DNA from: Pseudomonadota bacterium
GTDB taxonomy: Bacteria; Desulfobacterota; JADFVX01
DNA length: 46,076 nucleotides
Reading direction: 5' to 3'
Assembly (NCBI GenBank): GCA_015222555.1
Contig: JADFVM010000320.1
Coordinates: 1 to 46,076 of the forward strand
Part shown: positions 1-9,047 of the stretch, piece after piece
Layout of the letters: each line of letters opens with the position of its first letter
How positions within the stretch are numbered: position 1 is the first letter of the stretch
Position numbers and translations under genes: made by a program
The notes under the pieces: generated by a model
Databases searched by the model: none
Told to the model about the DNA's origin: nothing
What the model saw: the letters and a program-made list of their open reading frames with translations, nothing else

Positions 1-668
1 AAATCACTAAGCTTGTCTGTTATAATCTGACGAATGAGAAGTTCATCTTCAACAAGAAGGATAAGATCATTAGGTCTGAAAGAGCGAAGTTTGTCACTCA
101 GGTTTTCAATGTTTTTATTTATCTCACCCTTAATAGAGTCGGCTGTTTCTTTCCTGTCCTTGCGCTTTGGTTTTTTTTGAGTATTACTTGATGCTTTCAG
201 ATAACTTTCCATCTCGTCATCATCAAGACTTTTAGGGTCAATAAGAATAGTGGATGGAACGCTTTTCTCAAGATTCTCATCGAAGCGGAAGAAACCATCC
301 TGCCAAAAATTCATGCCATGAATGACTTCCTTTATCTGAACTTTAATGAGATCTTCAAGATCGATATTATCGATAAATCCCAGCTCGACCAGTATCTCGC
401 CTAGATGTTTTCCCTGTTTTTCTTTCTTCTGAAGGTTCAACGCCTGCTGGATTTTAACTTCCGTGGCGAGGCCCATTTCACCCACTCTTCTGCCAAGACG
501 TTCCGTACTTTGGGATGAAGTGGCCATGGCAATCTTGCCTTCCTTAATATAAATAGAGCCCATGCCATAGTAGCTTTTCACATCCAGAGTGCCCGTCAAA
601 TGCTCATCACTGATCTCCCGGAGTAAATCAATGAGACTTTTAACCTTCAAACATCCACTTTTAACCAT
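1..668 (-). CDS. PATAN/DUF4388 domain plus response-regulator receiver protein; C-terminus cut by the window edge (222 codons present)
   Basis: Absent from the ORF track because it runs off the window. I translated the reverse complement by hand from the ATG at 668-666 and found no stop down to base 1. It reads MVKSGCLKVKSLIDLLREISDEHLTGTLDVKSYYGMGSIYIKEGKIAMATSSQSTERLGRRVGEMGLATEVKIQQAL, which is a DUF4388-type pattern. A K-rich linker follows, then DLILLVEDELLIRQIITDKLSD, the start of a receiver domain. Confidence 0.7.
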   Translation of the reverse strand, partial: MVKSGCLKVKSLIDLLREISDEHLTGTLDVKSYYGMGSIYIKEGKIAMATSSQSTERLGRRVGEMGLATEVKIQQALNLQKKEKQGKHLGEILVELGFIDNIDLEDLIKVQIKEVIHGMNFWQDGFFRFDENLEKSVPSTILIDPKSLDDDEMESYLKASSNTQKKPKRKDRKETADSIKGEINKNIENLSDKLRSFRPNDLILLVEDELLIRQIITDKLSD

Positions 669-847
669 GCTTCTTCCCTATTCCTAATTAGTTTTATGAT
701 TCAGGTTATGAGTACATTCCCCTGCAGCCTTTATCTCTATGTCATCACAGGTCTTTAAAAAAATACTTTCAATGATGTTGTCGCGCAAGCCGGGCTTTAT
801 GTACGGTGATCATCAAATAAAATAGCAATTAAGTAAGTACAATGCAA

Positions 848-2932
848 TTACTTAAAGATTTTTCTGAAGAGGCCTTTCTTATCCTGTTCACGCCTCTCAG
901 TGATTATTTCCAGCTTTTTTAGAGCCGTTTTGTTGCTGGGATTAATTTTCAGTGCCTTATTAAATTCTGATTCGGCGAGTGTTAAATTCCCTTCGTCGAG
1001 CAGGATGGTCCCTTTAAGGGCATAAGCGATGGAGAGCTTACCCAGTTTCAGAGATTTGTTAATTAATTCCTTTGTCCTGCCGACGGACGTGGCATTCCCT
1101 TTGTTGACCGGGTTGTTATAAATTGCAATTGCAAGGTAGGCGTAATATTCCGGTTTTTTTGAGAAGATGTTGATACAATTAAGGAATGCCTTTTCTGCAC
1201 TGTCATACTGACTATCTTCGAGAAATACCTTGCCGGACTGAAATTGTATCTGAGCCTGGAATTTCATCTCTTCCTTTCCAGAGCCTTTGGTGATAGGCGC
1301 AGAGGACTCAAGCAGTTCGTCGTAATTCTCCTTTGAAACGACATTTGATAAAGTGTTATAAGCTGTTGAAATTTTAGAAAGAAATTCCTCAGAAAGAGTC
1401 ATGACCTCGCCTGGGCTGGCGATAAACTTTTCGGGGCTGAATTTTCTTGTTAAATCAAAGTAAGCCTTTTTTAGCTTATCGAATGAATAATCGTTTTGTT
1501 TAAGATTGAACATCTCATAGTAGCTTTTGTCCTGACCCTTTTCCCATTGAGCCCTTAATTCATCTTCCAGTGTCTTAAGTTGCTCATCTTCTTCCCCTGG
1601 TGATGACGGGATGCCAGACTCTTCCAGCGTCTCAAGTTCATCGGCCAGCAAACTCAGTTCTTCCCCCAGATCTTCAAACTCCTCTTCAAGTGTTATCGTT
1701 TCTTCGTCACTTTCCTGAGAAGCTGTGGGCGGCATTTCCCGAAGAGGGAATGGGGGAGAAACTTCTACATGATAAGGTTTCTCTGTAAAGTTGATCATGT
1801 TTAAAAAGTTTAGGGTGTACAAAATGGCAAGGGCTGACTCATTTTCGATGTCAATTGAATTCATTATATCTGTTGCTGTGTGAGTGCCGTCGAGCAGGCC
1901 TATGACCGAATTGAATATCGGTTCACCGGAGAGGTGATTCTGGTAATTGTAAAAGTTTTCCGAGCGGCTTAAATAAAGACTGCCTTTTTCTTCCAGAAAA
2001 GTGTTCTCACGCGCGGGAGAAAGGTGTTCTTTAAATCCATGGTAGAGGATGTAGGACCTCTCGATTCTGGCCCTGTAGGGCGCCATCATAAATGAGGCTT
2101 TTGGTTCAAACAGGTAGAGGCCGCTTTTCCAGGAAAAACAGTCGATAATGTTATCCCTTAAATATTTTTCATTCTCTGCAATAAATTTTCCCGAGGAAAG
2201 GGCGCCCATTTTAACAAAAATATCTCTGGGGTCCTCACTGTTATTCACCTTAAGCTCCTCATAGGCACGCAGTTCGACCATGGAAATAAGTCCTTTATTG
2301 AAAAGATAATTTCCAAAACTATCCGACTCGGACGAAACGTCCACTTCAATTGGTGAACCTCCAAGAAAGAAGAATTTCTTTTTTCTTACCTCCTTGCTTG
2401 TTAAGAGTGTTCCCGTTAGCTTTTTTCTGTGTATAAGGGTGAGCATGCTATCAAAGGGTGTTTTCTCAAAGTGGCCTTTAAATGATTTAGGCAGAGAGGT
2501 CGATTTTTTTTGTGGTGATGGTGGCGACTTGGTTTGAGTAAAGGTCTGATCCGTCTTTTGATCAAGAGAGAGAGCACTTTGCAGAGAGCTGTACAGCAGG
2601 TCAAATGGAAAAGGTTTTTTTAGAAAAGTATGAATCTTTAGTTCCTTTTTCAACTTCACAATATCTGATGAGTCTCTTACAAAACCGCTCATCATTAGGA
2701 TTGGAATTTCTTTGCCTTTTTTGCTCTCCCTGATTTTTTTACAAAGTGTTTCTCCATCCATTAGGGGGATTTTTATATCCACGAGAAGGAGTTTATAATC
2801 TCCTCTTGCGAAAGAATTCAGTGCGCTCACACCGTCAAAAGATGTGTCTGCACTCAAATTCTTTTTGAGAAGGAATTTCTGGATAAAAAGGGCAAGGTTT
2901 TTGTTGTCTTCAATGACAAGAATATCAGGCAT
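848..2932 (-). CDS. Multidomain signalling protein: receiver (REC), DUF4388/PATAN, acidic linker, J-like domain lacking HPD, TPR repeats
   Basis: 694-aa ORF. REC residues are present: IEDN, LLLVDIKIPLMDG, MMSG, LKKPF. The DUF4388-like core is KKLTGTLLTSKEVRKKKFFFLGGSPIEV. The J-like segment is SYYEMFNLKQNDYSFDKLKKAYFDLTRKFSPEKF...STAYNTLSN. The C-terminus has TPR-like A/Y/L periodicity (AEKAFLNCI..., AESEFNKALKINPSN). Confidence 0.8.
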   Translation of the reverse strand: MPDILVIEDNKNLALFIQKFLLKKNLSADTSFDGVSALNSFARGDYKLLLVDIKIPLMDGETLCKKIRESKKGKEIPILMMSGFVRDSSDIVKLKKELKIHTFLKKPFPFDLLYSSLQSALSLDQKTDQTFTQTKSPPSPQKKSTSLPKSFKGHFEKTPFDSMLTLIHRKKLTGTLLTSKEVRKKKFFFLGGSPIEVDVSSESDSFGNYLFNKGLISMVELRAYEELKVNNSEDPRDIFVKMGALSSGKFIAENEKYLRDNIIDCFSWKSGLYLFEPKASFMMAPYRARIERSYILYHGFKEHLSPARENTFLEEKGSLYLSRSENFYNYQNHLSGEPIFNSVIGLLDGTHTATDIMNSIDIENESALAILYTLNFLNMINFTEKPYHVEVSPPFPLREMPPTASQESDEETITLEEEFEDLGEELSLLADELETLEESGIPSSPGEEDEQLKTLEDELRAQWEKGQDKSYYEMFNLKQNDYSFDKLKKAYFDLTRKFSPEKFIASPGEVMTLSEEFLSKISTAYNTLSNVVSKENYDELLESSAPITKGSGKEEMKFQAQIQFQSGKVFLEDSQYDSAEKAFLNCINIFSKKPEYYAYLAIAIYNNPVNKGNATSVGRTKELINKSLKLGKLSIAYALKGTILLDEGNLTLAESEFNKALKINPSNKTALKKLEIITERREQDKKGLFRKIFK

Positions 2933-3075
2933 AATAGATTCCCAGTTAGATTATGTTATTTTACATAACGTGGTCAAAAAAACAAGCCATTAATTGTTGC
3001 TCCCACTATATATAATCCTTGACTTAGCAGGCCATATTGATAAACTAAAGGCAAATATTCATGCGAGGTGTTTTC

Positions 3076-4755
3076 ATGGTAACTCATGATCTGATTATTG
3101 TAGGTGCTGGACTGGCAGGAATGAGAGCGGCCATTGAGGCGATAAAAACGCCGGACCTTAATGTTGCCATTATTAGTAAAATCCATCCTGTGAGAAGTCA
3201 TTCCGGCGCGGCCCAGGGGGGCATTAATGCCGCACTTGGTAATGCCGCCGAAGACTCCATTGAGAGCCATACCTTTGACACCATTAAAGGAAGTGACTAT
3301 CTGGGTGATCAGGATGCCATTGAGATAATGTGTCAGGATGCGCCGGGTGACATCTATGAACTTGAGAGAATGGGGACAATCTTTTCAAGAGACAAAAATG
3401 GAAGGATAGCACAGAGACCTTTCGGCGGGGCAGCTCAGCCAAGGGCATGTTACGCAGCAGATAGGACAGGGCACGCCATTTTACATCTGCTTTATGAGCA
3501 GCTCATGAAGGGGGGTGTCATGGTGTACGAAGAATGGCATGTTATCAAACTGGTTGTTGAAGACGGTACAGCAAGAGGTGTCGTTGCCATAAACCTTCTC
3601 AGTGGGAAGCTTCATAGAATCAGGGCAAAGGCGGTTATCTTTGCCACAGGCGGGTATGGAAGAGTCTTTCATAATTCGACAAATGCCCATGCAAATACCG
3701 GTGATGGAATGGCCCTGGCTTACAGAGCGGGTGCGCCACTTATGGATATGGAGTTTGTACAGTTTCATCCGACGACTCTGAAAAGTACGGGTATCCTCAT
3801 ATCTGAAGCGGCTAGAGGAGAAGGGGGATATCTGTTGAACTCAGAGGGCGAGAGATTTATGAAAAAATATGCCCCCAATGCTCTGGAACTTGCCAGTCGG
3901 GATGTTGTGTCAAGGTCAGAGCAATCGGAGATTGAAGAAGGGCGAGGCATTGATGGTTGTGTCCATCTGGATATCAGACACCTTGGCCGGGATAAGATAT
4001 TAAAGCTCTTGCCCCAAATCAGGGACTTGAGCATTACCTTTGAAGGCGTTGATCCCATCGATGAGCCCATCCCTATCAGACCGGGCGCCCACTACTCGAT
4101 GGGTGGCATAAAGGCCTCCGTTGATGGGATGACAAGCATTAAAGGCTTTTTTGCGGCTGGAGAGTGCGCCTGTGTCAGTGTCCATGGTGCAAACCGGCTC
4201 GGTGGAAACTCCCTTCTGGAAGCCGTCGTCTTCGGACGGCGTGTCGGCGCCGCTGCCGCAAAATTTGCAGAGGAGGCTGAGCTGGCTGACTGGTCTGAGT
4301 CTGCCCTGAAAGATGCGGCAGCAGAAATTGCCAGCCTCCTTAACAGAATAGAAGGAGAACCCTATCCCAAGATCAGGCAGGATCTGCAGAAGATGATGAT
4401 TCAATATGTGGGGGTTTACAGAGACAGAGAAAAACTGGAAACAGCCAGGGTAAAAGTGTCAGAACTTAAGGCACGCTACGAAAATGTATCCATCCAGGAC
4501 CTTGGCGATGTCTTTAATACCGACCTTTTAGGTGCCCTTGAAGTGGGGAACCTTCTTGATCTTGCAGAGGCCATAGTGGAAGGTGCTTTGAATAGAGAGG
4601 AAAGCCGCGGCGCCCACTCCAGAACAGATTTTACCGAAAGGGATGATGAAAACTGGATGAAACACACTATGGCTTACAAGGCGGAAGAAGGTGTGAAGCT
4701 TGACTACAGCAATGTTACCAAAACCAAATATGAACCGACGATTAGAAAGTATTAG
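3076..4755 (+). CDS. sdhA: Succinate dehydrogenase/fumarate reductase flavoprotein subunit
   Basis: [11 protein letters not shown] dinucleotide-binding fold. [14 protein letters not shown] carries the covalent-FAD His motif, and HPT and RGAHSR active-site motifs are present. The ATG at 3076 has a GAGGTG RBS 5 nt upstream; the ATG at 3061 (ORF-track start) is the alternative. No twin-arginine signal. Confidence 0.9.
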   Translation: MVTHDLIIVGAGLAGMRAAIEAIKTPDLNVAIISKIHPVRSHSGAAQGGINAALGNAAEDSIESHTFDTIKGSDYLGDQDAIEIMCQDAPGDIYELERMGTIFSRDKNGRIAQRPFGGAAQPRACYAADRTGHAILHLLYEQLMKGGVMVYEEWHVIKLVVEDGTARGVVAINLLSGKLHRIRAKAVIFATGGYGRVFHNSTNAHANTGDGMALAYRAGAPLMDMEFVQFHPTTLKSTGILISEAARGEGGYLLNSEGERFMKKYAPNALELASRDVVSRSEQSEIEEGRGIDGCVHLDIRHLGRDKILKLLPQIRDLSITFEGVDPIDEPIPIRPGAHYSMGGIKASVDGMTSIKGFFAAGECACVSVHGANRLGGNSLLEAVVFGRRVGAAAAKFAEEAELADWSESALKDAAAEIASLLNRIEGEPYPKIRQDLQKMMIQYVGVYRDREKLETARVKVSELKARYENVSIQDLGDVFNTDLLGALEVGNLLDLAEAIVEGALNREESRGAHSRTDFTERDDENWMKHTMAYKAEEGVKLDYSNVTKTKYEPTIRKY

Positions 4756-4766
4756 AGGACTTTTAA

Positions 4767-5708
4767 ATGCGAAAAAAGATACTTATCAGGAGATTTGATC
4801 CTGAAACGGTAGATGAGTCATTTCTTCAGGCCTTCAACGTTGATCTGCCTCAAAATGCCACCATATTGGATGCGCTGATAAAAATAAAAGAAGAACAGGA
4901 TGGCACAATCTCCTTTAGAAAATCATGCCGGAGTGCTATTTGCGGTTCCTGTGCTGTCACCGTGAACGGTGTCGCTGTCCTTGCCTGCAATTCACAATTT
5001 AAGTCAATTTCCTGGGTTGAAGGTGATGTGATTATTGAGCCCCTCGGAAATCTTCCCGTATTAAAGGACCTCATTGTAAGATTTTACCCCTTCTGGCACG
5101 AGGTGGAGAAAACGATGCCCTGGCTGGAGCCAAAAGAAGAAATAGGTGAAAAAGAAAACATCGTTTCGGCTGAAGATGTGGCAATAATTGATGAATCTGC
5201 CAACTGCATCATGTGTGGTTGCTGTTTTGGTGACTGCACTATCAGGGAAACAGATGACAACTTCATGGGGCCTGCAGCCCTTGCAAAGGCATGGCGATTT
5301 GTAGGCGATACGCGGGATGCAATTAAAACAGAGCGTTTGGAGCTGCTAAGCAAAGCCTGTAATGCCTGGGATTGTACAAGATGCAACCTCTGTATTGATC
5401 GCTGTCCAAAGGGAGTGAGGCCGTTGGACCAGATCGTTCGTATCCGCCAAGAAGCAATGAAAGCCGGCATTAAAGACAATAAAGGCGCCAGGCATGCCCT
5501 GGCATTTCAATCTGACATAAAAAACCATGGAAAGCTGAACGAAACGACGATGCCTCTGAAAACAGTGGGCATCATCAGATCGCTTGGCATGATCCCAATG
5601 GCTTTAAGGATGCAGATGAAAGGAAAGGTCCCCTTCCCGATTCAAAAAGATATTGAAGGTATCAAAGAGGTGAAGAAAATTTATAAAATCATGGAGGTAG
5701 ACGAATGA
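4767..5708 (+). CDS. sdhB: Succinate dehydrogenase/fumarate reductase iron-sulfur subunit (all-Cys third cluster motif, C-terminal extension)
   Basis: CRSAICGSCAVTVNG...LAC is the 2Fe-2S motif and CIMCGCCFGDC the 4Fe-4S motif. The third motif is CTRCNLCIDRCP (Cx2Cx2Cx3CP). At 313 aa it is about 70 aa longer than classical SdhB. Confidence 0.9.
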   Translation: MRKKILIRRFDPETVDESFLQAFNVDLPQNATILDALIKIKEEQDGTISFRKSCRSAICGSCAVTVNGVAVLACNSQFKSISWVEGDVIIEPLGNLPVLKDLIVRFYPFWHEVEKTMPWLEPKEEIGEKENIVSAEDVAIIDESANCIMCGCCFGDCTIRETDDNFMGPAALAKAWRFVGDTRDAIKTERLELLSKACNAWDCTRCNLCIDRCPKGVRPLDQIVRIRQEAMKAGIKDNKGARHALAFQSDIKNHGKLNETTMPLKTVGIIRSLGMIPMALRMQMKGKVPFPIQKDIEGIKEVKKIYKIMEVDE

Positions 5709-6592
5709 AATACGCCTACTACCCAGGTTGCGCCGCCGAAGCGATTATGAAAGAAGCTGATGAGACCACCCGTCAGGTGGCTCGTATCCTTGGCATTGAA
5801 CTGATTGATATGAAAAATGCGACCTGCTGTGGGGCAGGCTGCCTCGATGAGGCTAACCTGGAGCTCAGTTATGTTATTAATGCCAGAATATTTGCTATCG
5901 CAGAAAGTATGGGCCTTAATAGTATTATGACCATATGCAGTACATGCCTGCAGACAATGACAAAAATAAACCAGGAACTTCAGTCCGATCCTGAATTGCT
6001 TGAAAGAGTGAATAAGGTTTTAAGAAAAACGGGTACAGAGTACAGAGGAAACGTTCAGATGACCCATCTTTTATGGGTGTTGGTGAAGGATTACGGTCTT
6101 GACAAAGTCAAAAAACATGTTAAACGACCCTTGAATATGTTAAATGTTGCGGCATTTTATGGCTGTCATACACTGCGTCCGGCTGAAATCCTCGGCTATG
6201 AGGACCCTAGAAATCCCAAGTCCCTTGACCTTCTGATTAAGGCCCTGGGTGGAAAAACAGTAGATTATAGAGGAAAGACCCGTTGTTGTGGCTTTCATAC
6301 TCTGCTTGTTAACGAGCGGGCCTCTCTTAAGGCCGGTGGTAAGAGGCTTCAGGAAGCGAAAGACAAAGGGGCGGATTGTATGGTAACGCCCTGTCCATTA
6401 TGTGATGTGTCGCTCGATGTTTATCAAAGTGAGGCTGAGAAGCTTTATCAGAAAAAAACCCAACTTCCTGTCTTTAATCTTTCTCAGCTCATCGCCCTGG
6501 CGCTTGGTGTTGATGTTAGTGATCTCAGTTTCAGAAAACACCTCGTTTCTCCCAAAAAAATTATCTCGGCGGTTATCGCAGCAGAGGGATGA
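5705..6592 (+). CDS. CCG-domain (HdrB-like) subunit of a type E succinate:quinone oxidoreductase / thiol:fumarate reductase-like enzyme
   Basis: Two cysteine-rich CCG motifs (NATCCGAGC and KTRCCGFHT), plus CSTC and PCPLC. Its start overlaps the sdhB stop as ATGA. Confidence 0.8.
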   Translation: MKYAYYPGCAAEAIMKEADETTRQVARILGIELIDMKNATCCGAGCLDEANLELSYVINARIFAIAESMGLNSIMTICSTCLQTMTKINQELQSDPELLERVNKVLRKTGTEYRGNVQMTHLLWVLVKDYGLDKVKKHVKRPLNMLNVAAFYGCHTLRPAEILGYEDPRNPKSLDLLIKALGGKTVDYRGKTRCCGFHTLLVNERASLKAGGKRLQEAKDKGADCMVTPCPLCDVSLDVYQSEAEKLYQKKTQLPVFNLSQLIALALGVDVSDLSFRKHLVSPKKIISAVIAAEG

Positions 6593-8148
6593 AGGACAAT
6601 CAATATAAATTTCAAAAGCCGGATTCAACAAAACAGGACTCACCCGTTAAGCAAGACCCCTTTAACGACCCAAGATTGGCCCTGCTTGAAAATATCAGTA
6701 ATATCGTCGGCGCTAATCTTGACGTTAAAAAACTTCTATTTCTTATCCTTGATGCTGCGGCGCCTGTAATAAATGCAGAAGCCAGTTCTCTCCTTCTCGT
6801 AAGCAGTGACAGAAAAAAACTTTACTTTGAAGCGGCTACAGGTCCTAAATGTGACGAAGTGCGGCATTTTGAGGTAGATATGGGCAGCGGTATAGCCGGC
6901 TGGGTTGCTGAAAATGGACAGCCGCTTCTTGTTGCCGATGTGCACAAAGACAAAAGGTGGAGCAAAACCGTTAGTGACGCTGTTGCGTTTGAAGCAAGGT
7001 CCATCGCCTGCGCACCCATGAAGCATGAAAATGAAGTTATCGGCGTGATGCAGATGGTCAACAAAGCTGATAAGAAGCCCTTTGACGAGAGGGACCTGGC
7101 GCTGCTGTCTGCTTATACAAAAGTAGCGGCTGTCGTCATTTCGAGGACAAAGTCCTTTCAGAATATAACGAGAGAAAATATAGGCTTAAAAAAGGCCCTT
7201 AGTCCAAAGGGGAGAATTGTTGGGGAATCTGAAAGCCTGACAAAAGTCATCAATAATGCCCTCAAATCTGCAAGAACGGATTCAACGGTATTGATCACCG
7301 GTGAGAGCGGGACAGGTAAAGAACTGTTTGCGAGGCTGCTTCATGACAACGGAAAGCGGTGCAAAGGCCCTTTTATTGTTGTCAATTGTGCCGCTATCCC
7401 TGAAAACCTCATCGAAAGTGAATTTTTTGGACATGAAAAGGGATCTTTTACCGGTGCGTTGTCAAGGCAGCTTGGAAAGTTTGAATTAGCTGATGGCGGG
7501 ACACTCTTTCTTGATGAAATTGGAGATATGCCAATAGGCTTACAGGTCAAACTTCTAAGGGTGTTGGAAGAGTCAGAGATACAAAGAGTGGGAGGACAGG
7601 AGCCCTTAAAAATCGATGTCAGAGTCATATCTGCAACTAATAGAGACCTTAAAGAGTCTATTGCGGCCGGCCAGTTTAGAAAGGACCTCTATTACAGGTT
7701 AAATGTCGTTAATCTTCACCTTCCGCCATTAAGGGAAAGAAAGGAAGATATTCCACTGCTTCTAGAGTTTTTAATCAATAAATATAACAAGGAATTGCAC
7801 AAGAATTTTGTCGATATTTCCAATGAGGCATTAAGTTGCCTCATTGCCCATGAATGGAAGGGAAATATAAGGGAATTACAAAATCTGATTGACAGGATTA
7901 TAACATTGGAGGATGGTCCAACTATTCTCCCTGAACATCTGCCCTCAGAGTTAAGGAATTGTGACCTCAAAATGGAAAGTGAAGCGGGCATGAGTGGTGA
8001 CTTGAAAGAAGCGCTTACAGTATTTAAAAAAGATTTTATCAATAAAACTCTTGAAAGTGTTGATGGCAATAAAACAAAAGCTGCAAAAATATTGAATGTA
8101 CAGCGCAGTTATCTCTCCAGAATGGTCAAAGAATTGGGCATAGAATGA
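6589..8148 (+). CDS. Sigma-54-dependent transcriptional activator with N-terminal GAF domain (no receiver domain)
   Basis: AAA+ sigma-54 interaction module: GESGTGKE (Walker A), GSFTGA (GAFTGA-type loop), LFLDEIG (Walker B), RVISATN and FRKDLYYRL. C-terminal Fis-type HTH: NKTKAAKILNVQRSYLSRMVKELG. The N-terminal ~170 aa are GAF-like. The ATG overlaps the stop of the preceding gene (ATGA). Confidence 0.9.
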   Translation: MKDNQYKFQKPDSTKQDSPVKQDPFNDPRLALLENISNIVGANLDVKKLLFLILDAAAPVINAEASSLLLVSSDRKKLYFEAATGPKCDEVRHFEVDMGSGIAGWVAENGQPLLVADVHKDKRWSKTVSDAVAFEARSIACAPMKHENEVIGVMQMVNKADKKPFDERDLALLSAYTKVAAVVISRTKSFQNITRENIGLKKALSPKGRIVGESESLTKVINNALKSARTDSTVLITGESGTGKELFARLLHDNGKRCKGPFIVVNCAAIPENLIESEFFGHEKGSFTGALSRQLGKFELADGGTLFLDEIGDMPIGLQVKLLRVLEESEIQRVGGQEPLKIDVRVISATNRDLKESIAAGQFRKDLYYRLNVVNLHLPPLRERKEDIPLLLEFLINKYNKELHKNFVDISNEALSCLIAHEWKGNIRELQNLIDRIITLEDGPTILPEHLPSELRNCDLKMESEAGMSGDLKEALTVFKKDFINKTLESVDGNKTKAAKILNVQRSYLSRMVKELGIE

Positions 8149-8262
8149 CATCTTTTTAAAACGAGGAACTCTTCTTGTATAAATAAATATAAACAGTAGT
8201 ATGAAAATTTTACGCCTGTTTACGCTTTGTGAGAAAAGCAGTTATGGGAAAGAGGTTATGAA

Positions 8263-8871
8263 TTGATACAGATTAATCCGGAAAATCCACAGAAAAAATT
8301 AATTAACAAAGTGGTAGAAATTCTTAAAGAAGGAGGCGTAATTGCTTATCCAACAGATACCATCTACGGGATAGGGTGCGACATCTTTAATAAGAGGGCC
8401 ATTGAAAAAATCTACAGAATTAAAGGAAGGGACAAGAAAAAACCGATGAGCTTTGTCTGTTCTGACCTCAGTCATATCAGTCAGTTCGCCAAGGTTTCAA
8501 ATTACGCATATAGAATAATGAAACGCCTTCTGCCAGGGCCCTATACATTTGTGCTGGAGGCATCGAGTGCAGTGCCAAAACTTGTTTCTACAAGGAGAAA
8601 AACTGTGGGGATCAGAATTCCTAACAGTGAAATTGCCTTGTCCATCGTCAGGGATTTAGGAAATCCCATTATCAGTACAAGTGCAAATGTGTCAGGTGAA
8701 AATATAATCTCTGATCCATTTCAGATTGAGGACCTCTTTGGCCGTCAGCTTGATGCTGTTATTGATGGTGGAAACCTGTCGGGCGATCCCTCAACCGTAA
8801 TAGACCTTTCAGGGGTTGCACCTGTAGTCCTAAGAGTGGGTGCCGGCGACACCAGTTGGGTGGAAGATTAA
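8263..8871 (+). CDS. tsaC: L-threonylcarbamoyladenylate synthase, YrdC/TsaC type
   Basis: GGVIAYPTDTIYGIGCD, SFVCSDL, LLPGPYTFVL, VGIRIP and ISTSAN are typical YrdC-domain blocks. TTG start with an AAGAGG RBS 8 nt upstream. Confidence 0.85.
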   Translation: MIQINPENPQKKLINKVVEILKEGGVIAYPTDTIYGIGCDIFNKRAIEKIYRIKGRDKKKPMSFVCSDLSHISQFAKVSNYAYRIMKRLLPGPYTFVLEASSAVPKLVSTRRKTVGIRIPNSEIALSIVRDLGNPIISTSANVSGENIISDPFQIEDLFGRQLDAVIDGGNLSGDPSTVIDLSGVAPVVLRVGAGDTSWVED

Positions 8872-8895
8872 AGCTTTTTTACCTGATTTAAGATT

Positions 8896-8924
8896 TTGAC
8901 ATTTTAATTTGAAAAAGATATTCT
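8896..8924 (+). promoter_or_regulatory. Candidate sigma-70 promoter for the orphan MCP (TTGACA-N17-TATTCT)
   Basis: Perfect -35 hexamer, 17-nt spacer and a 4/6 match at -10. Found by pattern match only. Confidence 0.3.
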
Positions 8925-9047
8925 TTCAGTTGAAAAATACCTCTAGCTTCCTCCTCAAATTAATTAAATCGTTTTAACGGGAAAGTATAAAATAATTCGA
9001 TTCTTGATTGCCTTTTTGAAAATAAAGATTTTAGAAAAAAGATAAGG

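Noticed and set aside
2971-2989. Sigma-54-like TGGCTT-N5/6-TTTGAC on the minus strand upstream of the REC-PATAN-TPR gene.
   Set aside because: The -12 element has GA instead of the near-invariant GC, and the -24 element deviates as well. It is not good enough to call.
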